From the NCBI RefSeq assembly GCF_965228715.1, contig NZ_OZ245833.1: a DNA stretch of 64,000 nucleotides. One strand, 5' to 3'. This document shows, piece after piece, positions 20,301 through 32,922 of the stretch. The notes beneath the pieces are model-generated. The model did not search any database and was not told the DNA's origin. It worked only from the letters and a program-made list of their open reading frames with translations. Both the position numbers and the translations under genes were made by a program. Each line of letters starts with the position of its first letter. Position 1 is the first letter of the stretch. Source of the stretch: Stappia sp. Lineage in GTDB: Bacteria; Pseudomonadota; Alphaproteobacteria; Rhizobiales; Stappiaceae.

Positions 20301-21245
20301 CTAGCGCTGCCCCTTGAAATAGGGCTTCAGCAGCGCGCGTGGATAGTCGGCCCGGCGGGCGGCGACCACAAGCGCCGCAATCGACAGAAGATAGGGCATC
20401 ATCAGGAAGAGCTGCCCCGGCACGAAGGCCCCGACTTCCGTCTGGAGACGCACCTGGAAGGCGTCGAAGGCACCGAACAGCAACGCCCCGACGAGCGCCT
20501 TTCCGGGCCGCCACGAGGCGAAGACCGTGAGCGCGATGCAGATCCAGCCGCGCCCGTTGACCATCCCGAAGAAGAAGGCGTCAAACGCCGACATGGTGAG
20601 AAACGCGCCGCCCAGCGCCATGAGCGCCGAGCCCGCGACCACCGTTCCCATGCGAAGCGCCACGACGGACAGTCCCTGGGCCTCGACCGCGGCCGGATTG
20701 TCGCCCACCGCCCGGATGGCAAGGCCAAGGGGCGTCCGGTTGAGCACGAACCACACCGCCACGACGAGCGCGAGGGCGAGCATGGTGAGCGCCGTCTGCT
20801 GGAACAGCACCGGCCCGATGAAGGGCAGGTCCGACAGGACGGGAATGTCGAGCGGCTGAAACGCGGTGATGCGCGGCGGCGAGGACACGTCCGGCAGGGC
20901 CGTGCGGTAGGTGTAGTAACTCAGACTTGTCGCGAACAGCGTCACGCCGATGCCCGAGACATGCTGCGACAGGCCGAGCGGCACGGTCAGGATCGCGTGG
21001 ATCAGCCCGAAGGCCGCACCGGCCATGGCCGCGACCAGCACCCCGCCCCAAAGGCCGGCGCCGAGCCAGGCCGCCATCCAGCCGGCCATGGCGCCGGCCG
21101 TGAAGATGCCCTCGATGCCGAGGTTGAGAACGCCCGCACGCTCGCACAGGAGCGCACCGAGAACGCCGAAGATCAGCGGCGTCGCGATCCTGAGCGCCGC
21201 CGCCCAGAAGCTGGCGGAAACGAGAATGTCGAGGATGTCGCTCAC
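20301..21245 (-). CDS. ABC permease (nucleoside/BMP type)
   Basis: ERAGVLNLGIEG, RAVGDNP, GRGWICIAL, PYLLSI. Confidence 0.9.
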   Translation of the reverse strand: MSDILDILVSASFWAAALRIATPLIFGVLGALLCERAGVLNLGIEGIFTAGAMAGWMAAWLGAGLWGGVLVAAMAGAAFGLIHAILTVPLGLSQHVSGIGVTLFATSLSYYTYRTALPDVSSPPRITAFQPLDIPVLSDLPFIGPVLFQQTALTMLALALVVAVWFVLNRTPLGLAIRAVGDNPAAVEAQGLSVVALRMGTVVAGSALMALGGAFLTMSAFDAFFFGMVNGRGWICIALTVFASWRPGKALVGALLFGAFDAFQVRLQTEVGAFVPGQLFLMMPYLLSIAALVVAARRADYPRALLKPYFKGQR

Positions 21246-22320
21246 GAGCCGTGCCCTCCCTGGCCGTGGGGGCGCACGAAACGCACGCGGAAGCGCACGA
21301 AGAGGCCCGAGACGAGAACGGCGATCAGCGACGTGGCGACGACCAGATCGGCCAGATAGTTGGACACACCGATGGCGCGGCTCATGCTGTCCGCGCCGAC
21401 GAAGACGCCGGCGATGAAGAGGGCCGCAACCACCACTCCAAGCGGCGACAGGCCGGCAAGCATGGCGACCACGATGCCCGCATAGCCGAAGCCGGGCGAA
21501 AGGTCGGCGGTAAGATAGCCCTTCAGGCCCGCGACCTCACCCACGCCCGCGAGACCGGCGAGCCCGCCGCTCAGCAGCGCGACACGCAGCATGGTTGCCG
21601 TCACGGGAATGCCGGCGTGGCGCGCGGCTTCCGGATTTTCGCCCACGGCGCGGGTCTCGTAGCCCCACACCGTACGCTTCATCACGACATGAACCAGAAG
21701 CGCGCAGCCCAGCGCCACGAAGAGACCGGCGTGAACGCGCATCCGCGCCATGAGCTTGGGAAGTGTCGCCGCCTCCAGCATGGGCTCGGACTGCGGCCAG
21801 CCCATCCCCATGGGGTCCTTCATCGGCCCCTCGAGCATCATCTGCACAAAGAGCAGCACGACGAAGTTGAGCAGCAGCGTGGTGACCACCTCGTCCGCGC
21901 CCAGGCGCACCTTGAGAAGCGCCGGCACCAGCATCAGCAGGCCACCGGCAAGCGCACCCGCCACGATGACCGAGGGAACCATGACGACGGGCGGCAGCGC
22001 CAGCGCTCCGGAGCCGACGGCGACAGCCGCGAGCGCGCCGGCGTACAACTGGCCCTCGCCGCCGATGTTCCAAAGTTTCGCGCGGAAGGCGACAGCGGCG
22101 GCAAGGCCGGTCAGGATCAGGGGCGTCGCGCGCGCCAGAAGCTCGGAGACCGCGAAAAGCGAGCCGAACGCGCCCTTCGCCATCAGCGCATAGGCGGAAA
22201 ATACCGGCGCACCGGCGGCGGCGATGGGGATGGATGCCAGCAGAAGCGCGGCGAGCGCGGCGATGGCGGGGGCGGCGACACGGCGCAGGGGCGTGACGGT
22301 TTCGCGCGGTTCGAAGCGGA

Positions 22321-22324
<4 letters not shown>
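21242..22324 (-). CDS. ABC permease (nucleoside/BMP type)
   Basis: WNIGGEGQ, DEVVTTLLLNF, RAVGENP, GFGYAGIVVAML. Confidence 0.9.
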
Positions 22325-23868
<1,544 letters not shown>

Positions 23869-24030
23869 GTCACCTCTTCGATGAATCTCGTCTGGCAGCT
23901 TTCCGGATGTGTCGTCTTCCGGGGCCACATGCCGACGGCACACGGCCCGGACCGGATGGAACCGGACCGGGCCGCGAGACGAATGGCCGAAGGCGGAGGC
24001 AAACGCAACCCGTGCGCCCCCGCCGGGGGA

Positions 24031-25035
24031 TCACATGGTCGACTTGGGCTCGGCGTCGTTGACGTTGACGCGGAACAGTCCGTCCAGGATCTCCTTCTCC
24101 TTCTCGCGCGCGGCCTTGACGGAGTCCGCGTCGGCGAGCGACTCGTCGACGACGAAGCTGCCGCCGCCGTAGCTCATGAAGGAGTACTGGCCATAGTCGG
24201 CGGGTTCGAAACTGTCGGTGGCGACCGCCTCGATCACCTTGTCGATGGTCGGCTGCATGTTCCACAGGGCGCTGGAGAGAATCGTTCCGGGATAGTCGGC
24301 GGAGGTGTCGATCACGTTGCCGATGGCAAGGATGCCGCGCTCCTTCGCCGCGTCGGACACGCCGAAGCGCTCGGCGTAGAGGATGTCGGCCCCCTTGTCG
24401 ACCATCGCGAAGGCGGCTTCCTTCGCCTTGGGCGGATCGTACCAGGAGTTGATGAAGGTCACGAGGAACTTGACGTCCGGATTCACCGCCGTGGCGCCTT
24501 CCATGAAGGCATTCATGAGCCGGTTGACCTCCGGAATCGCATAGCCGCCGACCATGCCGATGACGTTCGACTTGGTGGCCTTTCCGGCGATCATGCCGGT
24601 CAGGTAGCTCGGCTCGTGGATCCAGTTGTCGAACACGGCGAAGTTCGGCTTGGCGGGACCGAAGGAGGAGCCCATCAGGAAGGCCGTCCCGGGATATTCC
24701 GAGGCCACGTTGCGCGCCGCGCGCTCGACCGCGAAAGCCTCGCCGATGACGAGATCCATACCGCCTTCGGCATATTCGCGCATGACGCGCTCGTAGTCGG
24801 TGTTGGCCACGTTCTCGGAGTAGACGTAGGTGACATCACCGCGCTCCTCGGCGGCCTTCAGCGCCTCGTGAATGCGGCCCACCCACTGCTGCTCGACGGG
24901 AACGGTGTAGATCGCGGCCACCTTCAGCGGCTTGTCCTTCGCTTCCGCCGGCGCGCCGGCAAGGGCGGTGGCGGCAAGCGCGAGGCCGAGAAAGGCACGG
25001 CGCGTCCATGCAAGCGTCGTTTGTCGGATTGTCAT
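24031..25035 (-). CDS. BMP-family ABC substrate-binding protein (purine/nucleoside-type)
   Basis: TRRAFL leader, GMVGG, SWYDPPK, ERFGV, IGNVID. Confidence 0.88.
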   Translation of the reverse strand: MTIRQTTLAWTRRAFLGLALAATALAGAPAEAKDKPLKVAAIYTVPVEQQWVGRIHEALKAAEERGDVTYVYSENVANTDYERVMREYAEGGMDLVIGEAFAVERAARNVASEYPGTAFLMGSSFGPAKPNFAVFDNWIHEPSYLTGMIAGKATKSNVIGMVGGYAIPEVNRLMNAFMEGATAVNPDVKFLVTFINSWYDPPKAKEAAFAMVDKGADILYAERFGVSDAAKERGILAIGNVIDTSADYPGTILSSALWNMQPTIDKVIEAVATDSFEPADYGQYSFMSYGGGSFVVDESLADADSVKAAREKEKEILDGLFRVNVNDAEPKSTM

Positions 25036-25313
25036 TGTTGGCTACCCCCTGGCAGGTTGCTGTCTCGCGGATCCACCGGCCATGTGCGGGGTCGCCACAG
25101 GCACCCCGGGAACGCGGACCGGACGGCGCCCGCCCTGCGGGCGGAGCACGCGCCGTGCCGTCGTCCGCGCGCATCGCGCGGGCCGTCCGGCGGACTGGCG
25201 AATTGGACCACATTCCCGCAAAAGCGACAATGCGACGCGCGCGCAGCCAGCGCTGTTTCCTGTTCGAATGGACAGGATTTGATCAGATGGTCAAATTTTG
25301 ACCGGACGGATGC

Positions 25314-26924
25314 TCATTTCGCAGCGTCATCCGGTGCGGGGGGCACGGGTGCACGGCCGCCCCGCTTCCGCAGCCGGCGAAGATAGCCGGCGAGATCCAC
25401 CGCACCGGTGACCTGGACGAAGATCGCGAACAGCACCAGACCGCAGGCGACGAGCAGGGCCAGCGCGACGAAGCGCAGCAGCGTGCCGTCACCGGACAGC
25501 CAGGGGCCCAGCACCGCCGCGCCGCCGAACAGGCCAGCGCCCATGAGCACGCTGGCAAGCGCCAGCAGGGGCAGGCGCTTGCGGGCCCGGGAATCGAAGC
25601 GGAAATGTCCGCGCCGCCAAAGCACGATCATGAGCAGGCCGGTGTTGACCCAGCCGGCGATGCTCGTCGCCAGTGCGATGCCGACATGCGCGAGAAACGG
25701 CGCGAGCGCGAGCGCGCCGACCACGTTCACCACCATGCCGACGCCCGCGAACCACATGGGCGTGACCGTGTCCTCCCGGGCGAAGAAGGCGGGAGAGAAC
25801 ACCTTGTTGAGCACGAAGGCGGGCAGGCCGACGGCAAACGCCATCAGCGCGCCCGTGGTCGCGGCCGCCGCCTCGGCTCCGAAGGCGCCGCGCTCAAAGA
25901 GCACCGATACGATCGGCGCCGGCACCACCAGCAGCGCGACCGCCGCCGGCAGCGTGAGGGCGAGGGCGAATTCCAGCGCGCGATTGAGCCGGTCGTTGGC
26001 ATCGCGTGACGCGGTCTCCGCGCCCGAGCGCAGTGCGCGGGAGAGATCGGGCAGCAGCACGACGCCGATGGCGATGCCCACGACGCCGAGCGGAAGCTGA
26101 TAGATCCGGTCGGCGTAGTAGAGATAGGACACCGCGCCGGCCTGGGCGGAGGCGATGATGGTTCCAACCACGATGTTGATCTGGGTGATGCCGCCGGCGA
26201 TGACGCCGGGAACGCCGAGGCGCCACAGCCGGCGCACGGCCGGCGTGAGACGCGGGCGACCGAGCGGAACGGAAAAGCCGAGCCGGCGCACCGCGCCAAG
26301 CAGAAGCGCGAGCTGCGCGAGCCCGGCGACCAGCACGCCGCAGGCCAGCACCACGCCGAGCGTCACCCCCGTCTCTAGGCCGCTGATCCAGATGCCGGTC
26401 AGCACCGAGATCATCACCAGGTTCAGCACCACCGGCGCGAAGGCCGCGGCGGCGAAGCGCTGGTAGGTGTTGAGAATGCCGGACAGGAAGGCGACCAGCG
26501 ACATGCACAGCAGGTAGGGAAAGGTGATCCGCGACAGAAGCACCGCGAGATCGAACTTGCCCGGATCCTCCACGAAGCCCGGCGCAAGGACCAGAACGAG
26601 GCCGCTCATGCCGACGAAGGCGAGCGCGGAAAGCGCCATGAGCGTCCAGAACAGGGCGGCGAGGATCTCGGCGGCGAAGCGCTGCGCACCGGCTTCGCCC
26701 TCTTCCTCGAGGGCGCGGGCGAAGAGCGGAACGAAGGCGGAATTGAACGCCCCTTCGGCGAACAGCCGGCGAAACAGGTTGGGCAGGCGGAAGGCCACGA
26801 AGAAGGCATCGGCCACCGGACCGGCTCCGGCGAAGGCGGCGATCATCACGTCGCGCACGAAACCAAGCACGCGGCTCATCATCGTGGCGCCGCCAACGGT
26901 GGCGAAATTGCGCAGCAGGCTCAT
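25314..26924 (-). CDS. murJ: Lipid II flippase
   Basis: SRVLGFVRD, AFRLPNLFRRLFAEGAF, YADRIYQLP. Confidence 0.97.
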   Translation of the reverse strand: MSLLRNFATVGGATMMSRVLGFVRDVMIAAFAGAGPVADAFFVAFRLPNLFRRLFAEGAFNSAFVPLFARALEEEGEAGAQRFAAEILAALFWTLMALSALAFVGMSGLVLVLAPGFVEDPGKFDLAVLLSRITFPYLLCMSLVAFLSGILNTYQRFAAAAFAPVVLNLVMISVLTGIWISGLETGVTLGVVLACGVLVAGLAQLALLLGAVRRLGFSVPLGRPRLTPAVRRLWRLGVPGVIAGGITQINIVVGTIIASAQAGAVSYLYYADRIYQLPLGVVGIAIGVVLLPDLSRALRSGAETASRDANDRLNRALEFALALTLPAAVALLVVPAPIVSVLFERGAFGAEAAAATTGALMAFAVGLPAFVLNKVFSPAFFAREDTVTPMWFAGVGMVVNVVGALALAPFLAHVGIALATSIAGWVNTGLLMIVLWRRGHFRFDSRARKRLPLLALASVLMGAGLFGGAAVLGPWLSGDGTLLRFVALALLVACGLVLFAIFVQVTGAVDLAGYLRRLRKRGGRAPVPPAPDDAAK

Positions 26925-26981
26925 ACGGCGGGTTCCGGGCGCGGGAGGGAAGACGGCGCGGTCTGGGGCGGTCGGCTCACC

Positions 26982-29795
26982 TCAGGCGGCTCCCGCCCGT
27001 CGGGCCCTGCGCCTGGGCTGGTCCTCGCCCGCCTCGCCGTCGACCGCCGCGCGCAGGCGGTCGCGGATCGCTTCCTGACGCCCGATGTTGGCGATTTTCT
27101 GGCCCGTGAGGTCCGTGACGTAGAAGACGTCGACCACCCGCTCGCCGAAGGTGGCGATATGGGCGGAGTTGATGTTGAGATTGAGATCCGAAATGGCCCG
27201 CGTCAGGTCGTAGAGAAGACCGGGCCGGTCGAGACCCGTGATCTCCAGCACCGTGTGGCGGTTGGACAGGGCGTTGTTGACCAGGACTTCGGACTCGACG
27301 CGGAACGCCTTCATGCGCGTGCGGCTCGCCACCTTGCTGGCAACGCTCTCGGGCAGCCTTTCCTCGCCGCGCAACGCCTTCTCGATGAGCTTGCAGATAC
27401 GCTCGCCCCGGCGCAGTTCGTCCGCGTCTCCCGGCAGTTCGCGGGAAATGAAGATCGTGTCGAGCGCGAAGCCGTCGGTGGTCGTGTCGATCTGCGCGTC
27501 GACGATGTTGGCCCCGGCGACGAAACAGGCGCCCGCGATGACCGACAGCAGCCGCGGGTGATCGGCCGCGAGAACGGTGATCTCGGTCACCTCCTCGAAG
27601 GCGTGCGGAGCAACGCGCGAGGCGAAGCCCCGGCCGGAAAGATCCGCCTCGCGGATCATTCGCGCGTCGGCGACCTTGCGCTCGATCGGCACCCGGAGCC
27701 AATAGGCCGGATAGTGACGCTCGCGATAGGCGGCAAGCTCCTCCGCGCTCCAGTCCCCGAGCTCCGCCTCCAGCTCTTCCACCGCCCGCGTGACGCGCTG
27801 CTCGTGCGGCAACACGGAATGACCGCCGGTGAGCACCGGTTCGGTCTCGTAGTAGAGCGTGCGCAGGAGCTGGCCCTTCCAGCCGTTGAAGACATTGGGA
27901 CCGACGGCACGGATGTCGGCGACGGTCAGCACCAGAAGCAGCTTCAGCCGCTCGAGGTTCTGCACGGTACGGGCGAAATCCTCGATCGTCTTGCGGTCGG
28001 CGAGGTCGCGCGACTGCGCGGTGGTGCTCATGTCCAGGTGGTGCTCGATCAGCCAGGCCACCGTGTCGGTTTCCGTCGGGCTGAGGCCGAAGCGCGGGCA
28101 CAGGCGCCGTGCGATGCGGGCGCCGGCGGTCGAATGGTCCTCCGGCCGCCCCTTGGCGATATCGTGCAGGAACATGGCGACGAAGAGCACCCGGCGGCTC
28201 TGCACCGTCTTGATGAGATCGGTCGACAGCGGATGATCCTCGCCCGCCTCGCCGCGCTCGATCTCGCCAAGAACGCCGATGGAGCGGATCAGGTGCTCGT
28301 CCACCGTGTAGTGGTGGTACATGTTGAACTGCATCATGGCGACGACCTTGCCGAAGTCCGGCACGAAACGGCCGAGCACGCCGGTCTCGTTCATGCGCCG
28401 CAGAACCGTCTCCGGGTCGTTGCGCGAGGTCAGCACCTGCAGGAACAGCCGGTTCGCCTCGGGATCCTCGCGCACCGCCGGGGTGACAAGCTTGAGCGAG
28501 CGGCGCACCAGCTTCAGCATTTCCGGGTGCAGCAGCGCCGAAAGCCGGTCGGACACCGCGAACAGCCGGATCAGGTTGACCGGGTCCTTCTCGAAAACGC
28601 CCGGGCTCGCCACGTTGAGACGACCGTTGTCTATGACGAAATCCGGCGCGCCGGACACCGGCCGGCGGGCCGAGCGGCGGGTGATCCTGCCGATAAGCTG
28701 CGAGAGCGGCTGCGGCGCCTTGGCGTGCTGTTCCTCGAGCGCCGCGCAGAAGATGCGGGTCAGGTCGCCCACGTCCTTGGCCACGAGGAAGTAGTGCTTC
28801 ATGAAGCGCTCGACATCCTTCATGCCCGGATGCTGCGTGTAGCCGAGACGTACCGCGATGTCGCGCTGCAGGTCGAAGGACAGGCGCTCCTCCGCGCGGC
28901 CCGTCAGGAAATGCAGGTGGCAGCGCACCGCCCAGAGAAAATCCTCGCCCTTGCGGAACCGCTTGATGTCGGCGCGGGTGAAGACCCCGGCCTTGACCAG
29001 GCCGGAGCCGGTGCGCACGCGGTAGAAGTATTTCGAGATCCAGAACAGCGTGTTGAGGTCGCGCAGGCCGCCCTTGCCTTCCTTGACGTTGGGCTCGACC
29101 AGATAGCGCGAGGCGCCCTGGCGGGTGTGACGCTGGTCGCGCTCGGCCAGCTTGGCGGCGATGAACTCCGGTCCGGATCCGGCCACGACCTCCTTGTCGA
29201 AACGTTCGAGCAGTTCGTCGGTCAGCGTCCGCTCGCCCCAGACATGGCGGGCCTCGAGGATCGCCGTGCGGATGGTCATGTCGGCGCGGGACAGGCGCAC
29301 GCATTCCTCGACGTTGCGCGTGGCGTGACCGACCTTCAGCCCCATGTCCCACAGCATGTAGAGGATGTATTCCACCACCTGCTCGCCCCAGGGCGTCTGC
29401 TTGTAGGGGAGCAGGAACAGCAGATCGACGTCGGACCCGGGCGCCAGCGTGCCGCGCCCGTAGCCGCCCACCGCGACGATGGACATGCGCTCGGCAGCAG
29501 ACGGATTTTTCACCCTGTAGACGTGGTGGATCGCGAAGTCGTAGATGACGCGCAGCACCTCGTCCTGGACGTGGCTCAGCCGCTGGGCACAGAGGGTGCC
29601 GCCGCCATCCTCGAAGAGACGCTCCTCCACCAGCGCACGCGCGTCGCGCATGACCGTCTTGAGTTCGGCGAGCACCTGGCCGCGGATCGCCGTGCCCGAC
29701 CCGTCGCCGTCGCTTTCCGCCGTCAGCGCGGTGAGGCGATGGCGCAGCGCGTCGGCGTCGATCAGGCCGTCGAAGGGATCCTGCGATTTGGTCAT
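26982..29795 (-). CDS. glnD: [Protein-PII] uridylyltransferase/uridylyl-removing enzyme
   Basis: AVGGYGRG...SDVDLL, NVKEGKGGLRD, HHYTVDEH HD domain, two C-terminal ACT domains; start taken at MTKSQDPF. Confidence 0.97.
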   Translation of the reverse strand: MTKSQDPFDGLIDADALRHRLTALTAESDGDGSGTAIRGQVLAELKTVMRDARALVEERLFEDGGGTLCAQRLSHVQDEVLRVIYDFAIHHVYRVKNPSAAERMSIVAVGGYGRGTLAPGSDVDLLFLLPYKQTPWGEQVVEYILYMLWDMGLKVGHATRNVEECVRLSRADMTIRTAILEARHVWGERTLTDELLERFDKEVVAGSGPEFIAAKLAERDQRHTRQGASRYLVEPNVKEGKGGLRDLNTLFWISKYFYRVRTGSGLVKAGVFTRADIKRFRKGEDFLWAVRCHLHFLTGRAEERLSFDLQRDIAVRLGYTQHPGMKDVERFMKHYFLVAKDVGDLTRIFCAALEEQHAKAPQPLSQLIGRITRRSARRPVSGAPDFVIDNGRLNVASPGVFEKDPVNLIRLFAVSDRLSALLHPEMLKLVRRSLKLVTPAVREDPEANRLFLQVLTSRNDPETVLRRMNETGVLGRFVPDFGKVVAMMQFNMYHHYTVDEHLIRSIGVLGEIERGEAGEDHPLSTDLIKTVQSRRVLFVAMFLHDIAKGRPEDHSTAGARIARRLCPRFGLSPTETDTVAWLIEHHLDMSTTAQSRDLADRKTIEDFARTVQNLERLKLLLVLTVADIRAVGPNVFNGWKGQLLRTLYYETEPVLTGGHSVLPHEQRVTRAVEELEAELGDWSAEELAAYRERHYPAYWLRVPIERKVADARMIREADLSGRGFASRVAPHAFEEVTEITVLAADHPRLLSVIAGACFVAGANIVDAQIDTTTDGFALDTIFISRELPGDADELRRGERICKLIEKALRGEERLPESVASKVASRTRMKAFRVESEVLVNNALSNRHTVLEITGLDRPGLLYDLTRAISDLNLNINSAHIATFGERVVDVFYVTDLTGQKIANIGRQEAIRDRLRAAVDGEAGEDQPRRRARRAGAA

Positions 29796-29920
29796 GGTCG
29801 CTCTTTCGGACTCAAGGGTCGGGGCGCTCGGCGGCGGCAGGGTACGCGTGCGGGCCGCGCCGGTCGAGGGGCAAGCGGACCATGCACCGGCACGGGTTGC
29901 TATTTGGTGGACGCAGCCCC

Positions 29921-30292
29921 CTAGACGCCGTCGCGTGCGGCGGCGGCCCTGAGCTGGTGCAGGAGATGGGCAAGGCTCTCGCGCGACAGGCCCGGGATCT
30001 TGTCGGCGAGCACATTTGCAAGCTCGGTCGCCTCCGGCTCGAGGCCGGCTGTGTCGATGGAGATCTTCGGATCGGACAGTTCGGCCAGTCGCTGCAGTTC
30101 CTCCGCCTCGTCCCAGATGACATTGAAATAGGTGATGATGCGCTGGACCATGAACCAGGTCGGCCGGCCGCGCTTTCCGTGTTCGAGCGCGGACAGATAG
30201 GCGGGCGAGACATTGAGCGCCGCCGCCATCTCCGAAAGGGTCAGCCCGCGCTTGCGGCGGATTTCGCGGATCTTCGCGCCGAAGGGCGTCAT
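29921..30292 (-). CDS. XRE-family HTH protein
   Basis: MTPFGAKIREIRRKRGLTLSEMAAALNVSPAYLSALEHGKRG. Confidence 0.88.
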   Translation of the reverse strand: MTPFGAKIREIRRKRGLTLSEMAAALNVSPAYLSALEHGKRGRPTWFMVQRIITYFNVIWDEAEELQRLAELSDPKISIDTAGLEPEATELANVLADKIPGLSRESLAHLLHQLRAAAARDGV

Positions 30293-30921
30293 CGTGAACC
30301 TCCCCGTCCCGCGCGGCGCACGCGGACATACAGCGCGCCGCCGCCGCCATGGGCGCCATGGGCCTCCTCGAAACCGACGACAAGCCCCCGGAACTCCGCG
30401 AAGGACAGCCACTGGGGCACCACGCGGCGCAGGATGCCGCGCCCGTCGGCGGCAAGCGATCCGTCCGCGCCCCCCTTGCCGGTGATCACCAGAACGACGG
30501 AGGCGCCTTCCGCCTGGGCGCGGGAGAGAAACCCGCGCAGGCGCTGATGCGCCTCTGCCTGGGTGAGGCCGTGCAGGTCGATGCGCGCGTCGATGGCCCG
30601 GGTGCCGCGCACCAACCGCCGGCGCTGGCGCGGCTCAAGCGGGGCAAGCGGCGGAGGCGCCGGGGGCTTCGGCGTCGTCTTGCGGCCGAGCGCCGCGCGC
30701 AACGCCTCCTGGCTGACGACGTTCCGTGCCCGCGCCGGCTGACCGACATCCGTTGCCGGCGCCTCGGGAGGCGTCGCCGGGCCATCCTCCGCGGGCGCGG
30801 CCTTTTTCTTGCGGGCCCGCAGGCGCGAAGGCGGCGCGATCGGCGTCACGTCCGCCGTGACGGTCTCCCACAACCGGCGCTCCTCGGGCGAGGGATGGCG
30901 CCCCTTCCGCCGGCTGCTCAC
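30289..30921 (-). CDS. Smr/MutS-domain protein
   Basis: IDLHGLTQAEAH, VLVITGKG, HGGGGALYV. Confidence 0.92.
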   Translation of the reverse strand: MSSRRKGRHPSPEERRLWETVTADVTPIAPPSRLRARKKKAAPAEDGPATPPEAPATDVGQPARARNVVSQEALRAALGRKTTPKPPAPPPLAPLEPRQRRRLVRGTRAIDARIDLHGLTQAEAHQRLRGFLSRAQAEGASVVLVITGKGGADGSLAADGRGILRRVVPQWLSFAEFRGLVVGFEEAHGAHGGGGALYVRVRRAGRGGSR

Positions 30922-32183
30922 CGCTCCCTCTCCCGCGGCTCCAGCACGTAGAGCGTGCCGCGATGCTGGATGCGCCCGGCCGCCTCGCCGGCTTCGCGGC
31001 CCGATCCCAGAAAGAGGTCGCCACGCCCGTCCCCGACGATGGCGGACCCCGTGTCGTCGGCGATCATGAGCCGGCGGAAGGGCTCCAGGGTTCCCGCCTC
31101 GCCGAGCGGCAGGGAGGCGGCGACATAGACCGGCGTGCCGAAGGCATGGCGGCTGGCGTCGATGGCAAGGCTGCGTCCGGCGACAAGCGGCAGGCCGGCC
31201 GCCCCGATCGGCCCCTCGCTCTCGTCCGCCTCGATCCGGCGGAAGAAGATGTAGGAGCGGTTGCGGCGCAGGACCGCGTCGATCTCCGACGGGTTGTCGG
31301 CAAGCCAGCCGCGCAGCACCTGCATGGTCACCGTTCCCGGCTCCGCAAGCCCGCGCTCGATCATCACCCGTCCGATGGGAGAATAGGGGTGGCCCGTCTT
31401 GCCGGCGTAGCCGACCCGCAACACGCCGCCGCCGGCCAGGCGGATGCGGGCCGAGCCCTGCACGTGAACATAGAAGGCGTCGACGGGATCGGCGAGCCAG
31501 ACGAGTTCCAGCCCCCGCCCGGCAAGCGCGCCATCCATGATCGCGCCTCGGTCGGGAGGAAGGCTCATCGTGCCGTCCCCGGCGCGCATGGCAAAGGGAA
31601 AGCCTTGCGGAAAGTCGTCGGGCCGCGAGGCGTCGTCGACGGCGACCAGTTCGGGCGGGCGCATGAGCAGGGGCACACGGTGGCGTGCGTCACGGGTCAG
31701 CGAGCCGTCGAACTCCGGCTCGAAATATCCGGTGAGAAAGCCCGCCTCGCGAATGCGGACCGGGCGGAACCAGTCCTCGAAGAACCGGCGCGCCGTCTCG
31801 TCTCGCTCGCTCCGCGGACTCGCGGCGGCGGCACGCGCGGCGGCGGCACGCGCGGCCTCGCAAAGCGCCGGCGAATAGCGCGGCTCGACATCGGGACGCG
31901 GGCTGCAGTGGCGCAGGAAGGCGTCCAGCGCCGCGCCGTGGTCGTCGGCATCCCAGCCGGGCAGATCGGAGAAGGCGGTGGTGCGGACACTCATGGCAGC
32001 GGGCGGCGCGGGCGTTGATCCGGTTTCGGCAATGGCTGTTTCCGCGCCTCCCAGACACGCGAAAGCCCCCGTCATGACGATGGCGAGGGCACGCGCGGCA
32101 GTGGCGAACGGTCCGGCCGGCAAGGCGGTTGCGGTCGAACGCGCCGGCGCGCCGGCCTCCCGTGACCGCGCGGTCCGGCGCAT
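30918..32183 (-). CDS. mltA: Murein lytic transglycosylase A (start uncertain)
   Basis: LTGYFEP, VQGSARI, NRSYIFF, DTGSAIVG...RGDLFLG. Confidence 0.92.
   Translation of the reverse strand: MRRTARSREAGAPARSTATALPAGPFATAARALAIVMTGAFACLGGAETAIAETGSTPAPPAAMSVRTTAFSDLPGWDADDHGAALDAFLRHCSPRPDVEPRYSPALCEAARAAAARAAAASPRSERDETARRFFEDWFRPVRIREAGFLTGYFEPEFDGSLTRDARHRVPLLMRPPELVAVDDASRPDDFPQGFPFAMRAGDGTMSLPPDRGAIMDGALAGRGLELVWLADPVDAFYVHVQGSARIRLAGGGVLRVGYAGKTGHPYSPIGRVMIERGLAEPGTVTMQVLRGWLADNPSEIDAVLRRNRSYIFFRRIEADESEGPIGAAGLPLVAGRSLAIDASRHAFGTPVYVAASLPLGEAGTLEPFRRLMIADDTGSAIVGDGRGDLFLGSGREAGEAAGRIQHRGTLYVLEPRERER
31821..31856. repeat. In-frame 15-bp tandem repeat in mltA (2.4 copies of CGCGGCGGCGGCACG)
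   Basis: Period-15 identity checked base by base; encodes the AARAAAAR stretch. Confidence 0.85.
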
Positions 32184-32190
32184 GACGCGC

Positions 32191-32922
32191 CTACTCGACG
32201 GACTCGGTCGCCACCAGACGCCAGTTCGGGTCTCGCGAATTGGTGTCGCGGGCGAAGGTCCAGATGTCGGTGACATCGCTCACCGCGTTGGGATCGCCGT
32301 CCACGATGGCGCCGTCCTTGTCGCGGGTGGCGGAAATCAGCTCGCTGCGGAACTTGACGGTGATCTGCGCCGTGCTGCCCTTCATCGCCGCTTCGACGAT
32401 GTCGGCGCGGTCGATGCCGACGAAGGTGGACTCGATGGTCTCGCCCCGGCTCTCGCGGTCGGAAATGGCGGCGACGAACCCGTCGTAGACCTCCCTGGAC
32501 AGCAAGCCCTTGAGCATCTTGCGGTCACCGGCGGCGAATGCCGTGACGATCATCTCGTAGGCGCCGCGCGCACCCTGCAGGAACTGCTGGGGATCGAACG
32601 ACCGGTCGGCGGAGAGGATCTGGCGCAGCGCATCGTTGAGCGCGCTGCCGCGCGGCGCCACCGTGTCGAGGGTCGCGGTGCTCGCGCCCGTCTGCGGTGC
32701 CGGCGGCTCGCCCTGGCCGGGCAGCGAGATCACATTGTCCTCGGCGTCCTGCGGCGACTGGCGCGAGGCGGAACGGTCGCGCTCGCGATCCGGCGTGCCG
32801 AACGGATCGAAGGGCGGGCGCTCGGTTCCGGTCCGCCGGCCGAGCACATTGCGCAGCCTGAGGAAGATCACGACCGCCAGAACCAGAAAGATCAGTGTGG
32901 TGACGTCGAACATTTGACCCAT
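32191..32922 (-). CDS. Tim44/TimA-family adaptor protein
   Basis: LRNVLGRRTG, FDPQQFLQGARGAYEMIV, DIWTFAR...PNWRLVAT. Confidence 0.92.
   Translation of the reverse strand: MGQMFDVTTLIFLVLAVVIFLRLRNVLGRRTGTERPPFDPFGTPDRERDRSASRQSPQDAEDNVISLPGQGEPPAPQTGASTATLDTVAPRGSALNDALRQILSADRSFDPQQFLQGARGAYEMIVTAFAAGDRKMLKGLLSREVYDGFVAAISDRESRGETIESTFVGIDRADIVEAAMKGSTAQITVKFRSELISATRDKDGAIVDGDPNAVSDVTDIWTFARDTNSRDPNWRLVATESVE

Noticed and set aside
29796-30455. Apparent 220-aa N-terminal extension of GlnD
   Set aside because: Overlaps the XRE and Smr genes in other frames and is low-complexity; open frame is a GC artefact.
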